From Schmidtea polychroa (lineage: Eukaryota), in NCBI GenBank assembly GCA_044892525.1, contig CM097885.1, positions 260,524,001 through 260,588,000 on the forward strand: a DNA stretch of 64,000 nt. The letters run 5' to 3'. The notes beneath the pieces were generated by a model, which was given only the letters and a program-made list of their open reading frames with translations, was not told where the DNA came from and ran no database searches. Positions 11,924 to 25,440 of the stretch are shown here, piece by piece (position 1 is the first letter of the stretch; each line of letters opens with the position of its first letter). The translations under genes were made by a program, and so were the position numbers.

Positions 11924-14508
11924 CCCTTTAACCACAAAAACCGTCATCATAAAATCATCATTCAGTTTAAATTGAAAAATTTTTGCACTCTAACAACTAA
12001 GACCGTCTTTCGTCTGTGATACTCCCCACCATAAGAAACAGGTTTGAACACGTTCGGTCGCGTGGTTTGCTCATGACAGGTCAGTTTCGTGTTCTTATAT
12101 TTTTATAATATATTTTTAGTTTGTGTTTTTTTATTTTCTTTTGTGTTCAAAATGAAAATCTTGTAAACACTGTCTACAGAAGGTGTTAGTGGTTAGGGCA
12201 AAAAAAATCTTTATATTTCACCATTGTGAAATTCTATTTTTATATATTTTTATATAGTTTTACTGTTATTTTGTATGTATTTTTATATACTTTTTTTATT
12301 TCAGAAAATGTCAGGATTTGATAAAAATAAAAAGTACAATTTGTCTTTAATGACTGACAAACAAATTGAAGAATTAATGAATTCAGTGGAAACCAACGAT
12401 GAATTTTGATGATGATTTTAAAAATCTAGAATATCAACCTGAAACTAACACTGGTCAAATCGATGCTGTCGGTGAACTGGATGTATCTCTACTCTCTACC
12501 GAGGATCAAGAACATCAGGAACTACCAACAGAAACCACAATGTCAACGTCACAGGATGGAATTACAGTTCCAGAAGGAAAAATATCATTCAAGCCTAAGA
12601 AAAGAGCTCGATCACCATTACCAAGCATACAAGATTCAGGACCACATATAATACCATCAGCTGGTGGTAATTTAACCATTGGAGGTAATTTAGTGAATAT
12701 TGACAAAGAATCGAAAGAGTTTAAAGAAATATTATGGCGTCAAAAATACATTCAGCTTCACGTCAATGAAGTTGCATTTAGAGGAAATATAAATTTACCC
12801 CTTGAAGTGAAGAAATTACAAACATCGTTGGATTTTTTTAATTATTTTTTTACTGAAGATCTATTGGAATTGATAAGTTCGGAAACCCAACGAGCTGCAA
12901 TTGCTGAAAACGTAAACACCCAGTTTAAAATTGATAAATACGGAATTTCTCGATATATCGGAATTCTGATTTTTATGTCAGTTTTCCGTTATCCAAATAT
13001 AGAATAAAGTGAAGTGAATTCGGGTTTCGTCACATACCGGAGCGTATGTCGAAAAATTGATTTGAGCAGATAAAAAACTATTTATCATTTAACGATGAAT
13101 CAAATCGTATAAAAAAGTGTGAGATAGGATATGATCCCATTTTTCGAATTAGAAAAGTTGCGACACTTTTACTTGAGCGCTTTGATTCTATCCCGAAAAA
13201 TGCTCGGTTATCAATTGATGAACAAATGTGTTCAACAAAAATGGTTCACCATTTACGCCAGTTTTTACCAGATAAACCCCATAAATGGGGTGTAAAGTTA
13301 TTTGTTTTGTGGGATAGCTATGGTTACTCATACCGCTTCGAAATATATGGTGGAGCCAAAAATGATGACATTATTATGCCTGACACACCAGACATTGGAG
13401 CAACAGGAAATGTTGTTATCAGATTGACCCAAACAAATCCAAATTTGGTAAACCATATTGTGCATTTTGAAAACTTCTATACTTCTCTGTCGCTGATGGT
13501 ATATCTAAGAGCACGTGACATCTATTCTCTCGGGACTGTGAGAGCTAATCGCATTCCCAACTGCAAACTTCCAGCAGAAAAAAGCGAACAGTTAAAAAAG
13601 GAACCTCGAGGAAATTCAACTGAATTCGTTGGTTCAGCATATGGTATCGATATTACCACAGTTTCGTGGAAGGACACGAAAAATGTAAAACTGTGCTCAA
13701 CTTATGTTGGCACAAAGCCTTTCTTGAGATGCACAGAAAATCAACAATCAAAAATTGCCAGATACAGCAGAAAACAAAATTCATATGAGGAAATAGAATG
13801 TCCACAAATTATTCGTGAGTACAACGCTCATATGGGCGGTGTCGATTTGATGGATGCATACATCGGTCGAAATGGACTCAAAATAAAAACAAAAGACATG
13901 GCAACAAGAATTTTTTATCATCTTCTGGACATGGGCATAACAAATGCGTTTGTTTTGTACCGACGACTAAACCATGAAAGGAAAAAAACTATAGAGAGCA
14001 AATTGAAAGATATAACGATGAGAGAATTTCGTGTAAATATTGCGAAAGAACTTTGTGTGACTATGGAAAAACGCCCAGTAGAACGTCCATCTACACAACC
14101 AGCACCTTCCAGTGTTGGTAAAAAAGCAATTCAGCCAGTGGCAAGTATGAAATTAGACGGGTTCAATCATTTCCCAGAATGGGGATCCAAAAAATCATGT
14201 AAACACTGCAAGAAATTTGATACGCATGTCTCCATTTATGTTTCTCAAAAACAAAAAATTGCTTTAAGTTGTATCACAATGCATAAATAAATAATATTAT
14301 TATCTTTTACATGTGTTCATAGTTTTATTTTTATGGCCTAACCCACTAAGACCGTCTACGGACGGTCTTTCATTTTTTTTACCTGGTGCTCTCAGGTAAA
14401 TATTTTTTTCAAATAAACTTCATAATTATATGTTTTTGGGTAAATTCATATACTAAAAAAAATTATCATGATGAAATTCCTCGTATTTCAATTTCAGTGG
14501 TTAAAGGG
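11924..14508 (+). mobile_element. piggyBac transposon, near full length (2585 bp), inside the Rab7 intron
   Basis: TTAA at 11920-11923 and 14509-14512 flank perfect 12 bp TIRs CCCTTTAACCAC...GTGGTTAAAGGG; subterminal ACTAAGACCGTCT occurs at both ends. Confidence 0.95.
12308..14290 (+). pseudogene. piggyBac transposase pseudogene
   Basis: SIDEQM, KPHKWGVKLF, HFENFYTS (second Asp changed to Glu) and YNAHMGGVDLMD motifs; stops and frameshifts near 12400, 13005-13060 and in the Cys-rich tail. Confidence 0.92.
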
Positions 14509-14519
14509 TTAATTTATTA

Positions 14520-14946
14520 NNNNNNNNNNNNNNNNNNNNNNNNNNNNNNNNNNNNNNNNNNNNNNNNNNNNNNNNNNNNNNNNNNNNNNNNNNNNNNNNN
14601 NNNNNNNNNNNNNNNNNNNNNNNNNNNNNNNNNNNNNNNNNNNNNNNNNNNNNNNNNNNNNNNNNNNNNNNNNNNNNNNNNNNNNNNNNNNNNNNNNNNN
14701 NNNNNNNNNNNNNNNNNNNNNNNNNNNNNNNNNNNNNNNNNNNNNNNNNNNNNNNNNNNNNNNNNNNNNNNNNNNNNNNNNNNNNNNNNNNNNNNNNNNN
14801 NNNNNNNNNNNNNNNNNNNNNNNNNNNNNNNNNNNNNNNNNNNNNNNNNNNNNNNNNNNNNNNNNNNNNNNNNNNNNNNNNNNNNNNNNNNNNNNNNNNN
14901 NNNNNNNNNNNNNNNNNNNNNNNNNNNNNNNNNNNNNNNNNNNNNN
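14520..14946. other. Assembly gap (N run)
   Basis: Run of n. Confidence 1.
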
Positions 14947-16470
14947 ATGTATTTAGCATTATTAAATAGATCTAAGATCCCCTTGGTGACTGAGTGGTGC
15001 TTAGTACTATGTTTATATATGACATTAAAAATATGTGTTTTGCTAAAGTAATGTAAATAATATATAGAAATCTATTATCATTCACACTTCATAAACAATA
15101 GGACCTTTAGATTCTGACTTGCTAGCTAACTTTTAACTAATTAAATTAATAAGAAACATAAATTTGATGAAGTAGCAGAAAAAAATAGTTTTCTTGTTAT
15201 TCCAGTATAATGTAACCAAATTGCAAAGATTTCGAATAAGCATCACATAATATCGAAAATATAATAATAAGCATTTTATGTCGAGATAATTCTACTGCCA
15301 AAATGTTGAAATAAAACAAAAGTGATCAAAAACTTCAATGAGCATGATTTCCTATTTAAAAGACTGGGATCATAAATTCCATGTTCGATAAAGGCTGTAA
15401 AAAGTCATTGACCCGCTGGAGCAACAGACAAATCCTATACTAAAAAGCCTGTGAAAAACCAAGTCCCTTTTTGTCTCCACTGACATAATTTCTTCAAAAT
15501 TTTCAAAATGTTAAAAAGCTTTTCAAATCAAGTTAGTAGTTAATATCCCAGTAGACCTATTTTAGTACTTTTATTATTCTGTATGGATAAAATAAATCTC
15601 CTTAAATAGGATTTAATAAAGATTTTGGCCAATCGCTTAGGGAAGTTGAATTTGTCAGCACATTTAATTATAATATTTTTTTAAATTTAAAATTGCATTT
15701 ACCTTCAATTAAATTTAAGGAGTTAATAATAATAATAGATCAATGTCTTTTGCTGTTTAATACAAATTTTCTGCACTGTATTTTTCAAGTTATTATTTAT
15801 TAACTCTTGAAAAAATAAAGGACATATCGAATAAATTTTAAAAAAAATCATAAAATTCATAATTTTATAACATTTATTACGAATAGCATTGAAATAAAGG
15901 AATGTCTTAAATAAATGACGTGTGCTGATCGTAGTCGACATTTAAATGAAAATATAAATAAAGTTTTAGTGCGATTTATTTGAAAACATTCTCATTTATC
16001 TTCATTAAATTTTCGACTATAAATCAATGTTTCAGATGAGATTACGAGGGATTTTGATGAAACCGATGAGGAAACGAGATAGATTTTTGTGGTGGTCGAA
16101 ACTATGACTATTGCTACAAAGAAGACCTTGAAATTGGCAACAAGTATTGTTTCTGGTTTGTCGAGAAGTAATAATGTTAATGTAAACCAATCAGAAACTT
16201 TATGGATTCAGGGAAATATGAGAAAATTCTAGAAAAATTTGATAGTAAATGTATGAAAACAGGTAAAGAAGCGACAACAGTAAAAGAATAGAACAAATAG
16301 TTGGGTGGAATAGTGGAATAATGCAACATTAAACGAAAGAAAGGAAAATTAAAGTGCTTGTAGGTAATAATGGATGCCTGTAGCTATTAGAGACCTGCAC
16401 GAACCGAAAAAAGAAATTCAAGATGAAATATTGTAAATATCTTAAAGAAAACCCAAATTGCGATTTTTAT

Positions 16471-16912
16471 TTTAATACTACATCCGTTTATGTATCTTTA
16501 TATTTCAAATCTGTCTGTCAGTACAACATCATCAATGTCTATATTTTCTTCAATACTTTCTTTGTTTGCCTGTTCTGTAGTGTGTATTTGTGGGGCTATT
16601 TTGCTAGGGTCTTTCCAGTATTTAATTGATTTCTGGAATTTGTAGCCCTCAGGGATTCCCACTATTGCTCTATTTATGTAAAATTGGAAGAAGTTTCCTA
16701 TGTGTGTTTGTTGTGCTTGTGACTCAAATTGTATGTTGTTGATTGTGTATGTTAGTGTGTTGATGTGGTCAATATCTATTTGCCTTAGGATGGGGTTTGT
16801 CGGGTTTCCCTTTATTTTATTGAGCCATTCTTTTTTGGTGTCGAAATTCTTTAGTAATTCTCCTATGTTGAATTTAATACTACATCCGTTTATGTATCTT
16901 TATATTTCAAAT
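16471..16912 (-). other. Segment bounded by a perfect 40 bp direct repeat (period 402 bp) with a stop-free minus frame
   Basis: TTTAATACTACATCCGTTTATGTATCTTTATATTTCAAAT at 16471-16510 and 16873-16912; about 130 uninterrupted codons between them. Confidence 0.85.
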
Positions 16913-16919
16913 TCGCGTA

Positions 16920-17050
16920 GGTTTTCATTTCATGTTGCTATGTAGAAATGATATAGCATCTACGCTTTCTGGTTTTAAATTTGTACAGTGTTGTTGCAGT
17001 ACTTGTCCAGCTTCGGTAAGGTTTCTTTCGGAACTAGCGCACTGCTAGCT
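16920..17050 (-). mobile_element. hAT dimerisation-domain relic
   Basis: SSERNLTEAGQVLQQHCTNLKPESVDAISFLHSNMK* matches the 'SER.FS.AG.....R..L.PE.V..L.FL..N' pattern. Confidence 0.65.
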
Positions 17051-18333
17051 TATTGATTATATCATTCAAATACCGCAGAAATGTGTTAATGTTAATATAT
17101 CGTTTAAATCGGTTACAACACAATTCTTTCCGTCAAAAACTGAGAGTAATGGCGTTTAGTAAAATTATATAGCCCAATCATAAAAACCGTATTAGACGAA
17201 ATCATATTTATCAAGAATTTTTCACTAGATTTTCAAGTCCATGGTATCTAAATGTTTGGGTAAATCATTTAGTAAATCGTCCAATTCAACTATGCACAAT
17301 GATACCAAATCTGAATTAGTTTAGTTTGGAGCCAATCAATATAAATTATATAATTTCCATATACAATCAGTGCACAATGGAATTGTTATGTAAGAAAAAC
17401 TAATGTTTCAGTGATTGTTGAAATTTTAACTTTTTTTATCAATCATAACACCAAACTGACAACGAATATTTTCTGCGATTGGTGGAAAAGTAGCTGGAAC
17501 CGTTCTCAATACTAAATTTTCTGTTGACCAATCAGAGAACTTTATGGATTCCGACAACCACTTCCACGTAAATTTCATAGAAAATGTATAGCAACAGGCT
17601 AGAAAGTGAAATAAAAAGAAGAAAAATGTGTAAATTGTTCATGGGAAAGGCGAAAGCGCCAATGCACCAATGTAACTCATCGAAATTCGTGAAAAGAAAA
17701 GTGAATAAACGAAAAAGAGAAGTTGTAAAAACATTAAATAAAACTACTAGCGGGTGATTCAAAATAATTGAAGTGATGAGCAGGAGCATGGAGAAGCAAT
17801 AAGGGGCGGGGGGGGCTAAATGAGAACATTCTCATTTCCCGTTCCAAAATGATTCTATTGATTCAAAATTTATGGAAAATAATTCAATTTAAATCTTTTA
17901 AACCTTACATCAAAAAGCGGCATGAAATTTTATTTTTTCCCGCTGAAAACTCAATTAATCGTGACAGGGGGGACTCTGACCCCCCCTCATCATAATTCCG
18001 TTCAAATGCAATTAAATAGGTTAATTTGTCAATATTTCCAAAGAATTATCATTCAAAACGACTACAGATAAACTTTGAATGATTTTATTAATATTTTATT
18101 CTCTCTTATCCATTCAACATCCACAGCAAATATATAGCAAATAAAAACGGAATATTTATAAACAATTTTTAAAAAATAATTAAATATTTAACTAAATAAA
18201 TGGATAAAAAGTTATTTAAATTTAACAATTATCGAAAATATTACGGAAAAGTTACTGAAAAGCTTATATTAATGTTTTTGTTAGAAAATATAATTTATTG
18301 AAAAATGAATATAAAATTCAGAGTAGAACTCAC

Positions 18334-18679
18334 ATTTCTTTCTCCGAGATCGACTTTGTTTCCGATTACAACAAATGGGAAATGATCTGGATCACGAGGG
18401 CTTGATTGAATCAAAAATTCATCCCTCCATGATTCCAGATTTGTAAATGTTTTCGGCATTGTTACATCGTAAACAAGTACACAGCAATCTGCACCCCGAT
18501 AAAACGCTACTCCTAATGATTGAAATCTTTCTTGGCCCGCAGTGTCCCAGATCTGCATAGTCACTACTCTATCGTCAACAATTACATCTTTTGTCAAAAA
18601 ATCAGCTCCAATTGTTGCTTTATACTGATTAGTGAATTTTTTATTGACATACTGATTCATCAAAGATGTTTTTCCAACA
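18334..18679 (-). CDS. RAB7: Rab7 GTPase, exon 2
   Basis: [30 protein letters not shown]...[28 protein letters not shown]...[11 protein letters not shown]; tttag acceptor and gtgagt donor. Confidence 0.98.
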
Positions 18680-18732
18680 CTAAATATATTTTTTAAATAA
18701 CTAATTAGCTGGATAACTTTATTCTAACTTAC

Positions 18733-18785
18733 CCACTGTCACCCAAAATAATAACTTTTAATAATATTTTCTTTCTAGATGTCAT
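18733..18785 (-). CDS. RAB7: Rab7 GTPase, exon 1
   Basis: MTSRKKILLKVIILGDSG|gtaagt; a 53 bp intron (18680-18732) joins it in phase 2 to exon 2. Confidence 0.97.
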
Positions 18786-21700
18786 TTTAGTGATTAATTT
18801 GTGAATAAAAAGTTTTCAATACTAAAAAAATGATATCAAACTGTAATAGTGGAAGTAGAACTACAGATTATAAAATATAATAGTTGATTCAACTGATATA
18901 ATAAAACAAATGATTTTAGATTTTGATTAAAAATTAATTAAAGTTAAATTTTCAGAGTTGTTCTACTATGAAAATTATTTCTTTGTCTTTTATTTTATCA
19001 CATCAAATTGGTAATTATGTTTTTAAATAGGTTCAAAACATGAAATTTAAACATTTTCGTGGACATCGTCTGCATTTGTAGACATTTTGACTTGTATGGA
19101 CAAGATAGCATATGTAGACTTGCAATTTTTTTCAAAAAGTATTAAATTATTAAAAAATATGATTACGAATCCAATGTTTTATTGAAAAGGTGTGCGTTTC
19201 TGTGAGGCATTTCATCAATTATACTGTCCTATAGAGTGTTAAACATTTGCAATAATATTTTTCTCATCGAACAAAGATATTTGATATCGATACAATTAAT
19301 ATGTTCTTTTAAAAACATTAAAGGTTTCTGCATCTGACAAGCACTTTTTCTAACTTTGGTATTGTGATAATCTATTAAATTAAAAGTAAAAAGTTGATCT
19401 GATTGCCTAGTTACTAAATTACGATAATTTTGTGATTTATGGTAAAAAGAAGAATGTCATTTTGATACACACTTCAAAGACCTCTAAACATTCGTCTCAA
19501 AAGACATTGGTCCTATGTGTTAGTGTGTGATTATTATCAAAATTTGAGCCTTCGTTTCTAAGACTAATGATCTCCTTAGGCATGGAGTGGAATTGGACCG
19601 AGTATGCGAATAGGATTATATGTGAATAGGATTAGTATGTTTTGACTAAATCCTTTTGCACTGATATTCTTGTCTATTAACTACAATGCAAGAAATTAAA
19701 ATATAAAATATGGCTTGGGTTATGAATTTAAACAACTTTTCTGTGGGACACCCCATGTTTGTGGTTGATCATGTAGTGATTGATGGAATGCTGAAACTCA
19801 TTGCTCGGTTTTCTTTGAAATTTATATTTTTCACCCCGCCTCATGCTCCTACAAAGGGTAACGTCGTAAAACCATTGGAAAAGTTCAAAGTAAATATTTT
19901 TTCAAACAAGTCAGGCAACAAGTTATTTACTGAGTCTAATTGAAGTATTAGCACCCAAAGAATGTTAAAATATGTTGAACAATACTACTTCTTATCTAGT
20001 GTTGTTACCTTAATAAATTTCATAGTCAATGATAGAGCACTGTATTTATTAAAAAGAGCTTGAAGACTATAAATCTTTAATATATCAAAAAGATCGATAT
20101 ATTAATGATTTATAGTCTTCAAGTTCTTTATAATAAATACAATGGAAAATAAAATCAGTGGTGAAATTGGAAAAAAGTTCTTATAATGATAAAGCACGAT
20201 TGGCAAAGACCGATTTAAAGTTATAAAAGTATTTTCAACGTTAAAAAATGAAATACCAAAACCAAGATCCAAACTATAATTGATTAAATTTATTAAAATT
20301 TAAAAAAATGCCTGAATTAGGCGACAGAAGATTAATTTACCATATATAATATCTGATTGAAAACTGGGATGTATACTGAGAGAAATTTGACAAATGTTGA
20401 AAAACAATCGACTACTGATAAAAATAGCTATTTTGAACTTTGACAGTGATAACGCACACTGTTATTCTTTGGTCTGTCAACTAGAAGTTGAAACGGACGA
20501 CATCGCATTGACTCAGATAAGGTCAGATTATTGCGGTGCAATTTATTCAGAATAATAACTAAAACCCTTCTGATTTAGAAAGCTAAACTATAGATTTGAC
20601 TTTGACCTGAAATGGAGCAAGTCACCGTCAATGTCTAGTGATCGTATTTTTACCATTTTAGTCACACATATGCTCACAATGAAAACCATATTCAGCCAGA
20701 TATGATAAAAAAGAAGTCCAGGAATAAATTATCAAAATAAAAAATAAGGGGCAAATCCCTGCTCAAATTTTTGGAAGTAACATTAGGTAACATCAAAAAA
20801 TGTAGTCCATAACTAAAAAACCAAGAAAGAGAAATAATCCTAGCAACGAATATGTAATGACAAAGCAGCATGAGACTTTCTCTCAGCAGTTATGAACCAG
20901 AAAGTTAAAATGTAATACGGAGTAATTGTAGCTTATTTATATTCAGCTACTGTGAACATTACCAAAATGGTTATTGCCGTGAGAAGACAAATGGTAAAAA
21001 GAAATATAGTTTGGGCTAAAACTGATATTTAGTTCAAGTGACTGAAACGTGACTGAAAGACGTCGAAACGTAACATAAACAAAAAACATTAACGATTATT
21101 AATATTAACAAAACCGACAACTTAACTACAAGAGCTCCAATCCACTTCAAATAATCCTAAGACTATCAAATCGAGTAAAAATATAAAGAGTAACAAGCTT
21201 GGTAAGCTCAAACGCCTCCAAAGACATGCCTGCAAGGAAGTTCGAATCCCAAGACACTCAATTGTCTCTTGATTCACATGTTTGATAGTCACTTTAATGT
21301 TGTGCGTGTTAATTAACCGTGTTATTAAACGTGTATGTAGCTCATTTTCATTTCCAATTCAAATGAATTTGAGAAAGATTTACCATCCAGGTAACGCCGA
21401 CTCACATCATAACACGAGTGACAAGCCATAAGGGAATAGATCTCTCCAGATTTGTGACATTGTAACATAGCATAAAAGACAAACTGAAGTCAGGCATAGG
21501 CCTTCTATCGGCAGTCCGCAAACCCATTGAAATGCTCGACTATTATAGTGACTATTCTTGAATATTCACCCATACGACACACCACCAACGTTGATCAGTC
21601 AACCGGTGTCAGATGGTCAAGTGAATAATTGTATCTTGGTTTCTGTCGGAAACGAGACGAACGGTTAAAATGTGGATTAACTGCGAGCCACCAAAAGTCA

Positions 21701-23471
21701 TGAAGATGTTTAGGGAAAAGTTAATGACAAATTTATCAGCAATTCTAGAACTTTTAAAAAGCACCACCTAAGAGCCAATAATAATATAAAATAATATATT
21801 AAGGTATAATTTGTTTATATATAATAATTAAAATTTATTTATTTATTAATACAGAAAAGATTTAAGGAATTTAGTCTTCTCAAAAAATGGCATGATTTAT
21901 ATAGTAGTATTAATCGGTGATCGACTAATCCTAAAAGAGAAATAGTATGAATGAATGAGAATTTCTAGTTAAATGATCGAACTTTTAAGTACTATTTCTG
22001 CAATGCAGAGAACTTCAGTTTTATAAGTAAAAACATTGAGGCAAAAATTAGTGACAAAACTGACTCATAGGCATTTTATATATCATAAATACATAATAGT
22101 TTACATAACAAGCATTATATAATTTACAAGGATAGACTATAATAAAGGCAAACTCATTTTGGGAAAAATTTTAAACGGACATGTATATTAATTGGCATAA
22201 TAAATAATTTGTAGTTAAGTTTTTCATTCATTTTTGATTCGTTGTAAAAACAAGGCAAAGTTGAGTCCCATGAGCTCAATATTGCTGGTGAATCTGGACG
22301 TCCTTTAACGGGCAATTTAACGAAACTATAATGTGAAAGCAACAAACTCTACCACTACGGAAAACGGATGATGCGAATTTCCGACTTATATGCAACATTA
22401 GTTAATGGATTAACTTCTAACAGAGATTTCCATAAACTATCTGACTCTAAAAATAATTTAAAGACTTGAGAGCGTACGTTATTTTTTACAGAATTTTTTA
22501 ACCCAAACACAAGTGCAAGCGGGGATAGCAAGAACTGATCCAATGTCAACAGAGGAAAGACGTTCGGATGATAGAGCAAGCTGAAAGATGTGAAGATCAG
22601 CAGAAGTACAGTGTTCTGAATATTACGATTTGTTTCATTTTAAAGTTTTATTTAGAGTAAAAAAAATTTTTATTATTAATTCAAATTATCGTGTTTTCAG
22701 TTAAAGGAAGGTTTTCTCACAGTCAATAATATCATGGGATCTGACTTAATTGCGAATAATTACATGTAGTGGTAGACAAGTGAGGCATCAGTAAATAGTA
22801 AATAAAACGGACATTGGACTTCTAACAGTATTCTCGAACACTATGAGTGCCATATCATTAGTAGTTCCACTAACGCAGCTCACATTTGTGACACATTATG
22901 AGTGTCAAGTGGTCAATCTAATATTTATATGCAAGTTACATGGGAAGTTAATTGGACCAATGTCTGCCCAAATAGGTAAGTTTCACAGCACTGCAGTAAT
23001 TTTTTGGTGATTTTATATACTTTTAAAACATTTCTTAATTGGTATGTGATTTGTACTGATAATTAGGTCGAATTAATGTAAAGTTATTTTCTGAATGAAT
23101 ATCTAAAATTCCAAATTAGATATTGGAAATTTCTATTTATTTTTGCTAAATTAATTAAAAGTTTATATTTTTATTTATAACAAAAGATCTTTTCAATCAT
23201 GTTGAGGATTGTTTTTACATTTAATATTCATTTTTAATAACAATACAAATAATAAAAATAATAGATACTTTTTAATGAATTTCGTTAGTAGAAATTAAAA
23301 AGTTGTAAATGTAATTTAACTTTTAAATAAAAATAATTTCTAATTTTATAGTTTTTCTTTATTGAAATAAATTAAAAACAATTCATCTAAAAAACCATGA
23401 AATATTACATTTGTTTAAATAATTATGTAATTTTTTGATTGTTTTTTGAAATTTAATTGAAAAGTTAATTG

Positions 23472-24149
23472 ATGAATTTTAATTCCAATATTCCATTTGG
23501 TCAACCAAATGCAGTATCAGGTTTGTATACTCATAGTATCAATTATAATATTCCATTAATGCAAAATTCATTAGTAAGCTTTGCTATGATAATTAACATG
23601 TTTTATATATATATTTTTGTTTTAGAACGATCCTAGATTTTTGAATCAATATAACTATTGTAACCGATATCCTTATGGTCAACTAGGAAATACTCGATTT
23701 CCGATATTTGATGGATCTGGCAATAATCTCCTTGCTGCTCCATTACATCATAATCTGTCAAATAATATTTATGACTACTCTACAAGCAAAATAATTAACC
23801 CAAACACAAAAATTAAAAGAAAAAAGTCCACTTTACCAAAGGAGCTAAGAATCAAACATGAAAATGACGAGACTAATCGATTCATGCCTCATATCCAAAC
23901 GCACTCGAATCCTGCTAGACAAGTAATGGTAAAATAATGAAAAGATAAATGAATCACAATTAATCCCAGGAATCCGATTTTCGAATGCAACAACCTCACA
24001 ATAATAAAATGCGAGAGAAAATTATCCAATTTCAAAATGAGAACATTTTAAAATTATTGAATTCTCCTGAAGTTTCTCAAATTATTTTTTCCACACAAAA
24101 GAAAACCAATAAGAAAATGTGCGAGGAAAATTGCTTTTGGGGCAAATGA
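23472..24149 (+). CDS. Predicted three-exon orphan gene, 192 aa, N/P/Q-rich with a basic patch
   Basis: Exons 23472-23573, 23626-23922 and 23970-24149; two phase-0 GT-AG introns (52 and 47 bp) give one open frame ending in TGA. Confidence 0.6.
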
Positions 24150-24269
24150 TAAATATTTATGTTTTCTGTTGTTGTAATAATTGTTGTTGATTATTTGTTT
24201 GATTTCCTCATTTTGATGAATTTCTAAATGCCAGATTCTCAATTTTGCCTTATCAACATAATTTTTGTC

Positions 24270-24655
24270 TTTTATTTAGTATAATATTAATTTGATCAAT
24301 AATTTCTAATAATCAATAACAATTTTATCAATAATTTCTAATAATCAATAACAATTTAATCAATAATTTCTAGTAATCAATAACAATTTAATCAATAATT
24401 TCTGATGATAATTTAATCAACAGTTTCTATTAATAATAATTTAATCAATAATTTCTAATTATCAATAATAATTTAATCAATAATTTCTAATTATCAATAG
24501 TAATTTAATCAATAATTTCTGATGATAATTTAATAAACAGTTTCCATTAATAATAATTTAATCAATAATTTCTAATAATCAATAATTTCTAATAATCAAT
24601 AGTAATTTAATCACCAATTTCTAGTAATCAATAATTTCTAATAATCAATAATTAA
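24270..24655. repeat. AT-rich tandem repeat of about 29-32 bp
   Basis: Repeated CAATAATTTCTAATAATCAATAACAATTTAAT-type units. Confidence 0.9.
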
Positions 24656-24669
24656 TGAATTCATGACAT

Positions 24670-25440
24670 CAGGGACAGCCAGGATTGCAGTTTTGAGGGG
24701 GGGCAAAATTATTACTTATTGCAATTCATCGAGCCATGTAAAAATAAAAAAATATATATTTGAAGATAATTAACAAATTTATTATTAATTATTAACAATG
24801 CATATTACATAGAAATAATTAAAATATAATATTAATTCGTGTTTCCTTTTTATAATTATTTTTGTCTAAATAAGTTCCAATATCTTTATTAGAAAAAAGC
24901 GGCTGTGTGGTCCTTCGATAAATTTTCATGAGTATGATCTACTTTATTATCAGTATATTTATTCGAAACGGCTGCGCTTTTAGAAAGAAAACTTAACTCA
25001 AAACTTTTCTTTTATTGCTCATTTAAATAAAAATTAATACTGTAGTGGAAAATATTCAAATGATTATTAAGCATTTTATTACATATAAATTAAAGAAACT
25101 ATTGCACGGCAAAACTATTAACTCTAAACTAACACAAGTAAATGTGTCAAATACGGAGAAGTGGGAGTGATTTGCGTGCGTAACCGAGCACAACGATACA
25201 TGTAACCAGGACAGTTAAGCCAGTACTCGTCTATGTACTTTGTTGTGCGGAAAAGACCAACAAACTACGGGACTAGCTAGCGCGAGCATAGTTGTACTGT
25301 CTTGGATTTGAAAAGAGTTAGCTAAAAAATATACACATTTTATTCTCATAATAAATCCAAAATATTTCTTCCCCAATTTATATTTGATAATCTATAATTT
25401 TTTTGGGATGGGGAGTCAAATGCCCCTAGCTACGTCCCTA
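24670..25440. mobile_element. hAT-type MITE (about 770 bp)
   Basis: Ends CAGGGACAGCCAGG... and ...CCCCTAGCTACGTCCCTA are imperfect inverted repeats; the 8 bp flanks CATGACAT and CGTGGCAC differ only by three transitions. Confidence 0.6.

Noticed and set aside
21040-21075. Hammerhead-like CTGAAAGACGTCGAAACG
   Set aside because: It does not match CUGANGA and has no convincing stem I.
21360-22620. GC-richer coding-like segments
   Set aside because: Stops occur in all frames and no family could be assigned; probably decayed TE or pseudogene sequence.
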